Assembly: GCA_965221165.1 (NCBI GenBank) | Contig: CBDCRP010000003.1 | Coordinates: 1,792,001-1,856,000 of the forward strand | DNA: 64,000 nucleotides | Direction of reading: 5' to 3' | Source of the DNA: a bacterium | GTDB lineage: Bacteria; UBA8248 | In this document: positions 50,994 to 59,399 of the stretch, piece after piece | How the letters are laid out: each line of letters begins with the position of its first letter | How positions within the stretch are numbered: position 1 is the stretch's first letter | Notes under the pieces: generated by a model | What the model was told of the DNA's origin: nothing | Database searches by the model: none | What the model saw: only the letters and a program-made list of their open reading frames with translations | Position numbers and translations under genes: made by a program

Positions 50994-51202
50994 CCAATCT
51001 GCTACGCGGCCCTTAAAAGACCACGAATCGAAACCGCTGGCAAGCGGGGAAGCGCCTCACGCGCATGATGTCGGTGAATACAACACTTGTCGGCCGTAGC
51101 ATCACCCACTGGCGAGGACGCGCGGCTCTTGCCCGATGCGGAAAAACCTGAGAGTCTTTGGGTTCTTACCCATCACTCACACTTTTTTTGAAGGATGCCC
51201 CT

Positions 51203-51958
51203 ATGCTTTGGGAAGAATTGAGTTGGCCGCAGCACAAGGAAATGGCCCAAAACGGGGCCGTGGTCGTCATCCCCTTCGCCTCGATGGAGCAGCACGGGCC
51301 GCACAACCCCGTCGTGGTGGATACGCTGCTTTGTGAGAACGTCTGCAAAAAGGCGGTGGACGGCCTCGATAACGTGCTCCTGACCCGCACCATGTGGACG
51401 GGCACGTCGCATCATCACTTCGAGTATCCGGGAACCATCTCGCTCAGGCTCGAAACCTACGTCGCACTCATCAAGGACATCATCCGCTCCGTGGCCCATC
51501 ACGGCTACAAGAAGATATTCGTCGTGAACGGCCACGGCGGCAACGTGCAGCCCTTGCAAGCCACGTTGAACGACATCGGCTACGACATCGAGCTCACCAT
51601 CTGGATGATCACCTACTTTCATCTGGGAAACGAAATCGCAGGCGAGATCAGAAAAAGCGAGGTCGGCGGTATGGCTCACAGCGGTGAGTTCGAAACCGCC
51701 ATGATGCTGCACTTACGCCCCGACCTGGTGAACATGGACGAGGCGGTGGATCAAACCAACGCGAACACGCACCCCCTGGCGACGAAGGACATGCACCACC
51801 GGGGAACCCTCTTCCGCCCCGTGGACTTCAACAGGCACCGCGCGCCCTCCGGCGTAGCGGGCACGCCCACGGCGGCCACGGCGGAAAACGGAGCACAATA
51901 CTTCGAAGCCGTATCCACCCGCCTGCGCGGGCTGATTGAAGATTTGGCTGCGCTCTAG
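51203..51958 (+). CDS. Creatininase/creatinine amidohydrolase family
   Basis: SMEQHGPH.P..VD, HH..YPGT, NGHGGN, HSGEFET. Confidence 0.9.
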   Translation: MLWEELSWPQHKEMAQNGAVVVIPFASMEQHGPHNPVVVDTLLCENVCKKAVDGLDNVLLTRTMWTGTSHHHFEYPGTISLRLETYVALIKDIIRSVAHHGYKKIFVVNGHGGNVQPLQATLNDIGYDIELTIWMITYFHLGNEIAGEIRKSEVGGMAHSGEFETAMMLHLRPDLVNMDEAVDQTNANTHPLATKDMHHRGTLFRPVDFNRHRAPSGVAGTPTAATAENGAQYFEAVSTRLRGLIEDLAAL

Positions 51959-51960
51959 GC

Positions 51961-52842
51961 ATGGTCCGCATCGCTGGCGAATCTTCCCGCACAGCCAGAT
52001 ACCTGAACCTCAGTCCTCCCGGGGCGGATGAGGCGATCGTCTTGTGCTATGAGGCATCAGGAGACGGCACGCCGCTCCTCTTCATCCCGGGCCTGGGCGA
52101 TACGGCTTGGGTGTGGCGCAAGGTCATCCCCACGCTGACGAGCATGCACCGCGTTATCGCCATGGAACCGAGGGGGCATGGGCGCTCCTCGAGCCCGAGG
52201 GGAAAATACACGCTCGCCGAGATGGCGGGCGACATCGGGGATATCGCCGAACGCCTGGGACTGAACCGGCCCGTCCTCATCGGGCACGGCCTTGGCGCGA
52301 GGGCCGCACTTTTGCTCGCCATCGAGCAACCCCGGCTGCCAGGCGCGCTCATCCTCATCGCGACGGGGGCTGCGCCCGCCGCCAAGAACGTGCGCAGAAG
52401 CGTCGCCGAGCGCATCCATCTGGCCGAGGCGGGAGACATGCAAGAGGCCTACAGAAATAAGAAAAGCGAGGGCAGAGAACCCAGAGGCATGAATCCCAAA
52501 GAGCGCGCGGAGCGTCACCGCCTGTTTTTACGAAACGACGCTTCGGGATACGCATCGGCGGGGTACGCCGAGCTTCTCGCACCCGACCTGACGGAGCGCC
52601 TGGGCGAAATATCCTGCCCCGTGCTCGCGCTCACGGGCGAGAACGACCCCGAATACCACGAGGACGCTCAAACCCTATCCATGAAGATTCCCCGTTGCGA
52701 GTCCGTTTCGATAGAAGGAGCGGGACGCTACGCGCAACTGGACAGGCCCGAGGCGGTGCGCGCCCTCATCCACGATTTTTTCAGGAAACACTATCTTTCA
52801 GTCGCCAAATCGACGGAGGAAATCCATGAGCCGATTGATTGA
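51961..52842 (+). CDS. Alpha/beta-fold hydrolase-like protein
   Basis: RGHGRS, GHGLGA elbow (Ser replaced by Gly), GEND, GAGR (His replaced by Arg). Confidence 0.78.
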   Translation: MVRIAGESSRTARYLNLSPPGADEAIVLCYEASGDGTPLLFIPGLGDTAWVWRKVIPTLTSMHRVIAMEPRGHGRSSSPRGKYTLAEMAGDIGDIAERLGLNRPVLIGHGLGARAALLLAIEQPRLPGALILIATGAAPAAKNVRRSVAERIHLAEAGDMQEAYRNKKSEGREPRGMNPKERAERHRLFLRNDASGYASAGYAELLAPDLTERLGEISCPVLALTGENDPEYHEDAQTLSMKIPRCESVSIEGAGRYAQLDRPEAVRALIHDFFRKHYLSVAKSTEEIHEPID

Positions 52843-53506
52843 CCTCACAGCCCCTCTCGGACACCCCGATCTTTGCGAGGTGCCGACGTTTCCCCCGGTG
52901 GAATACTGGCAGTTCCACGAACATCCCACCCACGGTCGCCAGAACAGCGCGGTCAGGATGGCGATTCACCAGGGAACGCATCTCGACGCGCCCAACCATT
53001 TCTATCCCGACGGTGTCACCATCGACGAAATGCCGCTCGAGACTTTCTGCGGCCGCGCCGTGAAGATCGACTTGAGGGGAACGGCGCGCGAGGCGAACCC
53101 CATCACCCGGGAGATGATCGAATCTAGCCCCGGCTTCAAGCCCGAGCGCCTCGATGGCGCCATCGCCGTCACGTGGACGGGCTGGTCGAAGGAAAAATTT
53201 TTCACGCCCGATTACTTCGGCCCCAACCCCTACCTCGACAAGGAGGCGTGCCACTTTCTGTGTGATTGCGGCATGAAGGCCCTTTGTATGGATCACGCCA
53301 TCGACCCGGGTATGCAGCCCGACTCCGTGGTGCACCACGAGGATTCCCCCGGTCACCGCGCGGTGCTGGGCCGGGGCGTTCCGCTCATAGAGCACGTCAT
53401 CAACCTGGATACGTTCGAGGAGACCGAATTCGAAATGTTCGCATTTCCGATGAAACTCTACAGAATCGAGGGTGCGCCTGCGCGCGTGGTGGCGCGGCTA
53501 GATTGA
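52826..53506 (+). CDS. Cyclase/kynurenine formamidase family metal hydrolase
   Basis: IDLT, HQGTHLDAP.H, H..VL..G..LIE, GAPARVVA. Confidence 0.88.
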   Translation: MSRLIDLTAPLGHPDLCEVPTFPPVEYWQFHEHPTHGRQNSAVRMAIHQGTHLDAPNHFYPDGVTIDEMPLETFCGRAVKIDLRGTAREANPITREMIESSPGFKPERLDGAIAVTWTGWSKEKFFTPDYFGPNPYLDKEACHFLCDCGMKALCMDHAIDPGMQPDSVVHHEDSPGHRAVLGRGVPLIEHVINLDTFEETEFEMFAFPMKLYRIEGAPARVVARLD

Positions 53507-53524
53507 AAAGAAAGGAGCACAGAC

Positions 53525-53917
53525 TTGCCGTTTTACAGAATATCCGAGATGGAAACGAAATACGTCGACATGGGCAAGGCCCAGACGCAAAGCGTTGCCG
53601 GGGAGTTCATGAAGGCTGGTATGATCACCTATCCCGAAGGCGGCGGGCCGCCGCCTCATTTTCACCCGAACGAGGAGCAGTTTCTTCTGGTGATGGCGGG
53701 GGAGGCGAACGTGATTCTGGGTGAGGAAACCCGCCTCGTTGGTCCCGGCGATTTGGTCCACATCCGCCGCAACGAGCGCCACGGTCTTCGCATCATCAAG
53801 GGGCCGTTTGTCTTCTTCACCGTGAAGAGCCCCCCAGGGGACGGCGATCTATATCAAGACTACAACAAGGCCGAAGACGCCGATGAGGCGCGAATAAAAC
53901 TGGAATCCACCTCATAA
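53525..53917 (+). CDS. Cupin domain protein
   Basis: PHFHPNEEQ, GDLVHI..N.RH; TTG start with GGAG RBS. Confidence 0.85.
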   Translation: MPFYRISEMETKYVDMGKAQTQSVAGEFMKAGMITYPEGGGPPPHFHPNEEQFLLVMAGEANVILGEETRLVGPGDLVHIRRNERHGLRIIKGPFVFFTVKSPPGDGDLYQDYNKAEDADEARIKLESTS

Positions 53918-53948
53918 AAGTATCAACCTGAAGACAAGGAGATTGTGC

Positions 53949-54334
53949 ATGCCCTTTTACAAAATAGAAGACTTCCAAAAGGCTCCTCGGCGGTGGGTCC
54001 CGCCACCAGCCACGCGACAGCGGGCGAGTTGATGAAGGTGGGCTGGGTGATATACCCCCAGGGAGACGGCCCGCCGCCGCACTTTCATCCCAACGAGGAG
54101 CAGTATATCCTGATGCTCGAGGGCAAGATGAACATGATCTGCGGCGAGGAGGTGCGCGAAATCGGCGCAGGCGACTTGGTCCACATCCCCAGAAACACGC
54201 GCCACGGCATCCACATCACCGAAGGGCCGGCGAAGTTCTTCGCCGTCAAAAGCCCGGCGGGCGACGGCACGCTGGATCAGGACTACAACAAGGCGTCGGA
54301 TGCGGACGAGGTGGCGGAGCGTCTCAAGAATTAG
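53949..54334 (+). CDS. Cupin domain protein (paralog of upstream gene); apparent 1-nt deletion near 53972
   Basis: ATG at 53949 reads MPFYKIED like the paralog MPFYRISE; the body (PHFHPNEEQ, DYNKA.DADE) continues in the shifted frame. Confidence 0.78.
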
Positions 54335-54347
54335 CAAACTGAACCAG

Positions 54348-54384
54348 AAAAGCCGGTGGGCCGCCCCACCGGCTTTTTGTTTTT
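54348..54384. terminator. Bidirectional rho-independent terminator
   Basis: AAAAGCCGGTGGG-CCGC-CCCACCGGCTTTT hairpin with T-tracts, between convergent genes. Confidence 0.85.
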
Positions 54385-54909
54385 CTACTGCTGCGCCTGG
54401 GCCGCCATCCGTTTTTTTCTGAACTGAACGGCCTGGATGACATCCTGCCAGACGAGACGACCCAGCGGGCCCGAACTGTAGAGCGAGATGTTCACCTTGC
54501 CGTCGGGTGAGAGCAGAAAGTTGGTGGCGTGAAGAAACGGTCTCGGCTTCTCGCCCGCCTCGGGGGCGTAGAAAGCGCCCGTCATCTCGGATATATAGGC
54601 GGGGTCCACGCTGTGCCCCACCGGAAAGTTCACCTTGCTCGCCTCGATGGACTGCACCGCCTCACTTTCCGGATCGGTGGACGCCGCGACGACCTTGATG
54701 CCTTCGGTTTCGAGCCTTTCTCCCGCCCGGGAGAATCCCGCCATCTGGGCGAGGCAGTAGGGTCACCAATGGCTGCGGTAGAACAGGACAACGCCCCACG
54801 AACCCCGCAAATCATCGGGCAGGGCGATTTTTCCGCCACCCACCTTGGAGATACGCAACCTCGGGAAATCATCCCCGGTATCCAGGAAGAACCGGTTCAC
54901 TTTCGGCAT
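54385..54909 (-). CDS. Peroxiredoxin-like AhpC/TSA (redoxin) protein, predicted selenoprotein (UxxC; TGA at 54763-54765)
   Basis: Continuous frame MPKVNRFFLDTGDDFP...WGVVLFYRSHW-TGA-PYCLAQ...SSGPLGRL; GGAG RBS; TGA sits where the first Cys of CxxC is expected. Confidence 0.86.
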
Positions 54910-55068
54910 GATGCGCTCCACTCTTGTTCAAGAAATAATCGAGTCCGTTTCATGTACTCGGGATGTTACCGCTCCGGCGGAACGATGAAAACCGGCCTGC
55001 TGAATCTGCGCACAAAATAACACTCCCTCAATGTCGGCCATCGAGGGAGTGTTATAAAAGGTTCGCTA

Positions 55069-55569
55069 CTAGTTCTGGGCCGCCATCATCTTCTTATAAA
55101 ACTGAACCAGACCCAGGACGTCCTGCCACACGAGCCGGCCGATGGGCCCGCTGCTGTAGACGGCCACGGCGACCGTTCCATCGGGCTTTAAGACATAGCC
55201 CGTGCTGTGAATGATCTGGCGTTTTTCCTCATAAAAACAACCGGTGAGCTCTGAAATCTGCTTGTTGTCAAGGCTATAGCCCACAGGGAAGTTGATTCCG
55301 CATTCATCCATCGTTCCCTTGGCTTGCTCCTCCGTGTCCACGGAGGCGGCAACAACTTTAACACCCTCTTCCTTGAGCTTCGCAGCCCTATCGAAGGCCG
55401 TAAGTTGCTGCTTGCAATAGGGTCACCAGTGACCTCGATACAGCAGAACCACCCCCCAGTCGCCCGCGAGATCGCCCGGAAGGGAGATTTTACCTCCCCC
55501 TACCTGGTCCACCTCGATGCCCGGGAAGGCATCTCCCGAATCGATCATCTTGTCCGTCATACGTGGCAT
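55069..55569 (-). CDS. Peroxiredoxin-like AhpC/TSA (redoxin) protein, predicted selenoprotein (UxxC; TGA at 55423-55425)
   Basis: Continuous frame MPRMTDKMIDSGDAFP...WGVVLLYRGHW-TGA-PYCKQQ...SSGPIGRL; joins ORF-track pieces 55423-55605 and 55069-55341. Confidence 0.88.
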
Positions 55570-55802
55570 CAACGCGCCCTCCGAAAATGAATGAAGCAAA
55601 AACAAGCCTAAAATAATAAGCCCCGAACGCGATCATTTATACCCGCGCAATAGGGATATTTCAAACCGAATCGAATCTCTCTTACAACATCGCATCGATA
55701 ATTCCTACGATTTCTCCTCCCATGGTCTTGACACCGAGAGGCTTGGTTTTTAGCATAGGCCTACTTTTTCTGAAGGCTCGCAATGAGCGCAGGAGACTCT
55801 CA

Positions 55803-56081
55803 ATGAGCAATGCAATTGCTTGTGAATGCAAGAAAATAAAGCTCGAAGGTGAATACGAAAAAGCGGCCGGCGCCTGCAACCGGGAGATTCATCTATCCGA
55901 TGAGGATGCGGAGCGCTACCTCCCCCGCGATGAATCCCAGCAAAACCAGATCATCTCCAAAGAATGCCAGATTCCACCTCTCACCAGCGTCATCCGGTAT
56001 GGCGAGGGTTATTATGTCCTCAAAAAAGGCCGGGTCATGCGGGAGGGGTTCAGCAGGACGATCCCTGAATATAAGCAGTAA
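55803..56081 (+). CDS. Small hypothetical protein (92 aa, four Cys)
   Basis: AGGAGA RBS before ATG 55803; CEC...C...C pattern; no family recognised. Confidence 0.62.
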   Translation: MSNAIACECKKIKLEGEYEKAAGACNREIHLSDEDAERYLPRDESQQNQIISKECQIPPLTSVIRYGEGYYVLKKGRVMREGFSRTIPEYKQ

Positions 56082-56288
56082 ACGCGCCGGCGGGTTTCGC
56101 CGCCGCGCAAACGCTCAGCAGAACATTCCCGGATGCGAGCCAAGCGCGTCTTCGAATTGGCATGTCCATTTGCGTGAAACGCACACTCCTTCCATCAGCA
56201 CCATCCCTTGGCTCCTGGCTGTTTTTTGATGCTAGAATGAGACTCTTTGAATTTATTCCCGAAACACCCGACGCTGAGGAGATGGACC

Positions 56289-56651
56289 ATGCGCGCCAAG
56301 AGATATAATTGGAATGAAATGCCCGAGGAAGCCGTGACCGATACTTTTTCGAGAAAAATGGTGGTGGGCGAAAAAGAAATGCTTTGCTGGCTCAAACTTA
56401 AACCCGGCTGCCTGGTACCCATGCACAGCCACGAGAACGAGCAGATATCCCACGTCATCAAGGGAAGACTCCGGTTCTTCATCGATGATGAATCCGTGGA
56501 AATAGGCCCCGGGGAAACGCTCCTCATCCCGCCGAACGTGCCCCACGCCGTGGAAGTCGTGGGCGATGAAACGGCGATAGATTACGACATCTTCAGCCCT
56601 ATCCGCGAAGACTGGCTCGATGGGAGCGATAATTACTTAAGAGACGAATAG
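56289..56651 (+). CDS. Cupin domain protein
   Basis: VPMHSHENEQ, IPPNVPH, DIFSPIREDW. Confidence 0.88.
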   Translation: MRAKRYNWNEMPEEAVTDTFSRKMVVGEKEMLCWLKLKPGCLVPMHSHENEQISHVIKGRLRFFIDDESVEIGPGETLLIPPNVPHAVEVVGDETAIDYDIFSPIREDWLDGSDNYLRDE

Positions 56652-56812
56652 CGGAGAATCCCTGCCCGGCATCGCGGGTGCAGAAAAAGCATCCAGAACA
56701 CGGGGGTGTTTCGTTTTGCCCTTCTTTGGATGCGCCTTGGCAGTAGACTTGATGATTCAATCACCAGAGCCACCAGCCACTAACCGTATTCCCTTCTCAT
56801 ATTCAAGATATT

Positions 56813-56975
56813 GTATCCACAATTCAGCCTTACACAACATATAGATTCCCTGTAACCAATTGCTTTTTATGTGGTAGTTCGCTTTTCCCCATCTGAATAA
56901 CCTGTGGGTAAGGTTCTATATTTACCGCTATATATTGTGCAGGAATAAAAAAATCCACTACATTTTGTGGAAAAT
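56813..56975. promoter_or_regulatory. Cluster of DnaA-box-like and NrdR-box-like motifs
   Basis: DnaA-like GTATCCACA, TGTGGGTAA, TGTGGAAAA, TTTTCCCCA, TCTGAATAA; NrdR-like ACACAACATATAGATT (56832), CCGCTATATATTGTGC (56925), CCACTACATTTTGTGG (56955). Confidence 0.6.
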
Positions 56976-56977
56976 TG

Positions 56978-57006
56978 TTGACATATGGAAAAATTCGACC
57001 TACATT
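56978..57006 (+). promoter_or_regulatory. Sigma70-type promoter
   Basis: TTGACA, 17-bp spacer, TACATT. Confidence 0.6.
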
Positions 57007-57277
57007 AAGGGAGAAGAGTAGCATCAAATAGACATATCACCATCCGTTTAAGCAGGCGCATCCGCCCATCGTTTCCGCTTGAAGAGTGATTTGACCGAAT
57101 AAGTTTGTTGAAGCCTCTTCGAATCGTGAACGACAAATGACCTTTCCGGGCATCGCCTGCCCTTTCCTTCCAGAAGATGCCTCTATCCCACCCAGGGGCC
57201 CCCACGGGGCCCCAAAATTATGAAAAGCCAGGGTGCGAGTCCTTACGCCAGACGCTTTTCATAAACCACGCACCACG

Positions 57278-57312
57278 AAAAAAGCCCCCTCGCCGGGAGG
57301 GGGCTTTCCTTT
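57278..57312. terminator. Rho-independent terminator (hflC; potentially bidirectional)
   Basis: AAAGCCCCCT...AGGGGGCTTT hairpin with A-tract on the left and T-rich tail on the right. Confidence 0.8.
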
Positions 57313-57325
57313 TCCGGAACCGGAT

Positions 57326-58246
57326 TTATTCCGTTTTTTTCGCGGCTTTGTCTTTCAAGTCCCTGTTCTTTGATCCTTGCAGGAATCTGAGGAAATCGCT
57401 GCCCGCGGGCAGCAGGAGCGTCGTCTTGTCTTTCAAAGAACTCCGGTACACCTCCAGGCTTTTCAGGAAAGCGTAGAATTCCTCATCCTCCCCGAACGCC
57501 TTGGCGTTGATGTCGATGCTCTTGGCGTCGCCCTCGCCCTTGGTGATTTGCTCTTTCTCATAGGCTTCCGCCAGGAGCACGTCGCGCTCGCGGTTGGTTT
57601 CCGCCCGAATCTTCTGGGCCTGCTCTTTTCCTTCCGAGCGGTACTGGCGGGCGATTCTCTGCCGCTCGGCCTGCATGCGCCCATAAATCGCCTTTAAGTT
57701 CTCCGTGGGCAAATCGGCGCGCTTCAAGCGCACGTCCACTATCTCGATGCCGTATTCGCGCGCTTTCTTGTCGCTCTCCCTGGTGACTTTGGCCATCAAC
57801 TGCGCGCGGTCTTTCGCCACGATGTCGATCAAATCCTTGCGGCCGAGTTCCAGGCGCAATTCACTGTAGATGATGTCGTCGAGCCGGGCTTGCGCCCCGG
57901 TTTCGTTGCGGACCGTGCGCAGAAACTGGAGCGGGTCGATGATGCGCCAGCGCGAGAAGTTATCCACCACGAGGGATTTCTTGTCTTGGGTGATGATCTC
58001 CGTGGGGTTGGAGTCATACTCCAGCAGGCGGCGGTCGAAAAACGTGAGCTGCTCCACGAATGGAATCCGGTAGTTGAGCCCCGCGTCACGCAAAACGCGG
58101 ACGGGCTTACCGAACCGGGTGACGACCACTTGCCTGTCTTCACGAACCGTAAATAAAAATGAATTGAGAGCAAAGACAAAAACAAGGACCAAGACGAACA
58201 ACGCGATTGTCTTTTTGGGCAATTTTATGGCTCCCTCGGCGCTCAT
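57326..58246 (-). CDS. hflC: FtsH protease modulator HflC
   Basis: N-terminal TM, TRFGKP, DKKSLVVDN, DVRLKRADLP, RMQAER, FYAFLKSLE.Y. Confidence 0.93.
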   Translation of the reverse strand: MSAEGAIKLPKKTIALFVLVLVFVFALNSFLFTVREDRQVVVTRFGKPVRVLRDAGLNYRIPFVEQLTFFDRRLLEYDSNPTEIITQDKKSLVVDNFSRWRIIDPLQFLRTVRNETGAQARLDDIIYSELRLELGRKDLIDIVAKDRAQLMAKVTRESDKKAREYGIEIVDVRLKRADLPTENLKAIYGRMQAERQRIARQYRSEGKEQAQKIRAETNRERDVLLAEAYEKEQITKGEGDAKSIDINAKAFGEDEEFYAFLKSLEVYRSSLKDKTTLLLPAGSDFLRFLQGSKNRDLKDKAAKKTE

Positions 58247-59289
58247 CGTTTCGTTATCCCTTCTATTCCACCTCCCCGCAGCGGGAGTATCGGCAGCACG
58301 CCGGATTTACCCTGATCCAGGATCACTTTGTCCACCGTCGGCATCACCTCCTGCATCATTTCGAGATACAGGCGCTCGCGCGTAATGGCCGGCGCTTTTT
58401 TGTATTCCTTGAGCGTGGCGAGGAAGCGGTTCGCATCTCCGCGCGCATGGCGAATCTTGGTCTCGCGGTAGGCTTCCGCTTTTCTGAGGACGGCGGCCAC
58501 CTTGCCGCGCGTCTCCGGTATCACCTGGTTTTGATAGCCTTGCGCCTCATTCACGAGGCGGTTCCTGTCCTCACGGGCGCTGGCCACGTCCTTGAAGGCG
58601 TGAATGACATCCTTGGGCGGCGTCACGTCCTGAAGCTGCACCGCCGCCACGCGCAAACCGGTTTCGTAGCGATCCAGTATCTTTTGCATCTCCACCATCG
58701 TCTCTTGCTGGATCGCGCCCTTTCCGGTGGTGAGCGCCTCGTCGATGGGCTTGCTGCCCACGACTTGCCGGATGGCGGCTTCGGCGGCGTGCACCACCGT
58801 CTCTCTGGGATTGCGAACCTTGAAGAGATACTTGTCCGCCTCCACGATGCGGTACTGCACGATCATGTCGACGTCGACCATGTTTTCATCCCCGGTCAGC
58901 ATTCTCGACTCATGGGGCTTGTCCGAATACCTCGCGGGAGGACCCGGATCAATGGTGCGGAAACCGATTTCCACGCGCTTCACTTCCGTCACCTTCGGCG
59001 TATAGGCGGTCTCCATCGGGTAGGGCATATGATAGTTCAAGCCCGAGGACACCACCCGGTCGATGCGGCCGAACCGAAGAACGATGCCCTGCTCGTCCGG
59101 CCCCACGCTGAAAATACCCGAGGCCAGCCATATCAGAGCCACCACCACGAATATGGCCGCGGAGGGAAGCTTGAAATTCGGCAAACGAAACTGCGGCAGC
59201 TTGATCTGCGGCATGCCGCCGCCTCCACCGCCACCTCCACTACCACCACCTTGTCTTCTCGATTTGAACTCATCCCAATCCATCGGCAT
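58243..59289 (-). CDS. hflK: FtsH protease modulator HflK
   Basis: Gly-rich N-terminus, LRFG, MLTGDEN, V.PP..V..AF.DV..A.ED, TRERLYLE. Confidence 0.93.
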   Translation of the reverse strand: MPMDWDEFKSRRQGGGSGGGGGGGGMPQIKLPQFRLPNFKLPSAAIFVVVALIWLASGIFSVGPDEQGIVLRFGRIDRVVSSGLNYHMPYPMETAYTPKVTEVKRVEIGFRTIDPGPPARYSDKPHESRMLTGDENMVDVDMIVQYRIVEADKYLFKVRNPRETVVHAAEAAIRQVVGSKPIDEALTTGKGAIQQETMVEMQKILDRYETGLRVAAVQLQDVTPPKDVIHAFKDVASAREDRNRLVNEAQGYQNQVIPETRGKVAAVLRKAEAYRETKIRHARGDANRFLATLKEYKKAPAITRERLYLEMMQEVMPTVDKVILDQGKSGVLPILPLRGGGIEGITKR

Positions 59290-59399
59290 GAGTGTTTCTC
59301 CTATGAGCGACGCATCATTACTTTAAGAGGCGACATGGGAAAGAAATTTCGACCACCCAACAACTATCACGTTTACCCTAAGCGGGTTATGGATTGAAG

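Noticed and set aside
54385-55569. Two redoxin pseudogenes or four short ORFs
   Set aside because: The same TGA at the catalytic Cys position in both paralogs, with intact frames and RBSs, argues for recoding.
56810-57000. Replication origin (oriC)
   Set aside because: DnaA-like boxes are present, but there is no dnaA/dnaN/gidA context and spot checks suggest the same strand bias on both sides; kept only as a regulatory cluster.
57188-57217. MraZ-type GTGGG repeats
   Set aside because: No mraZ/dcw cluster nearby; better explained as GGGGCCCC palindromes.
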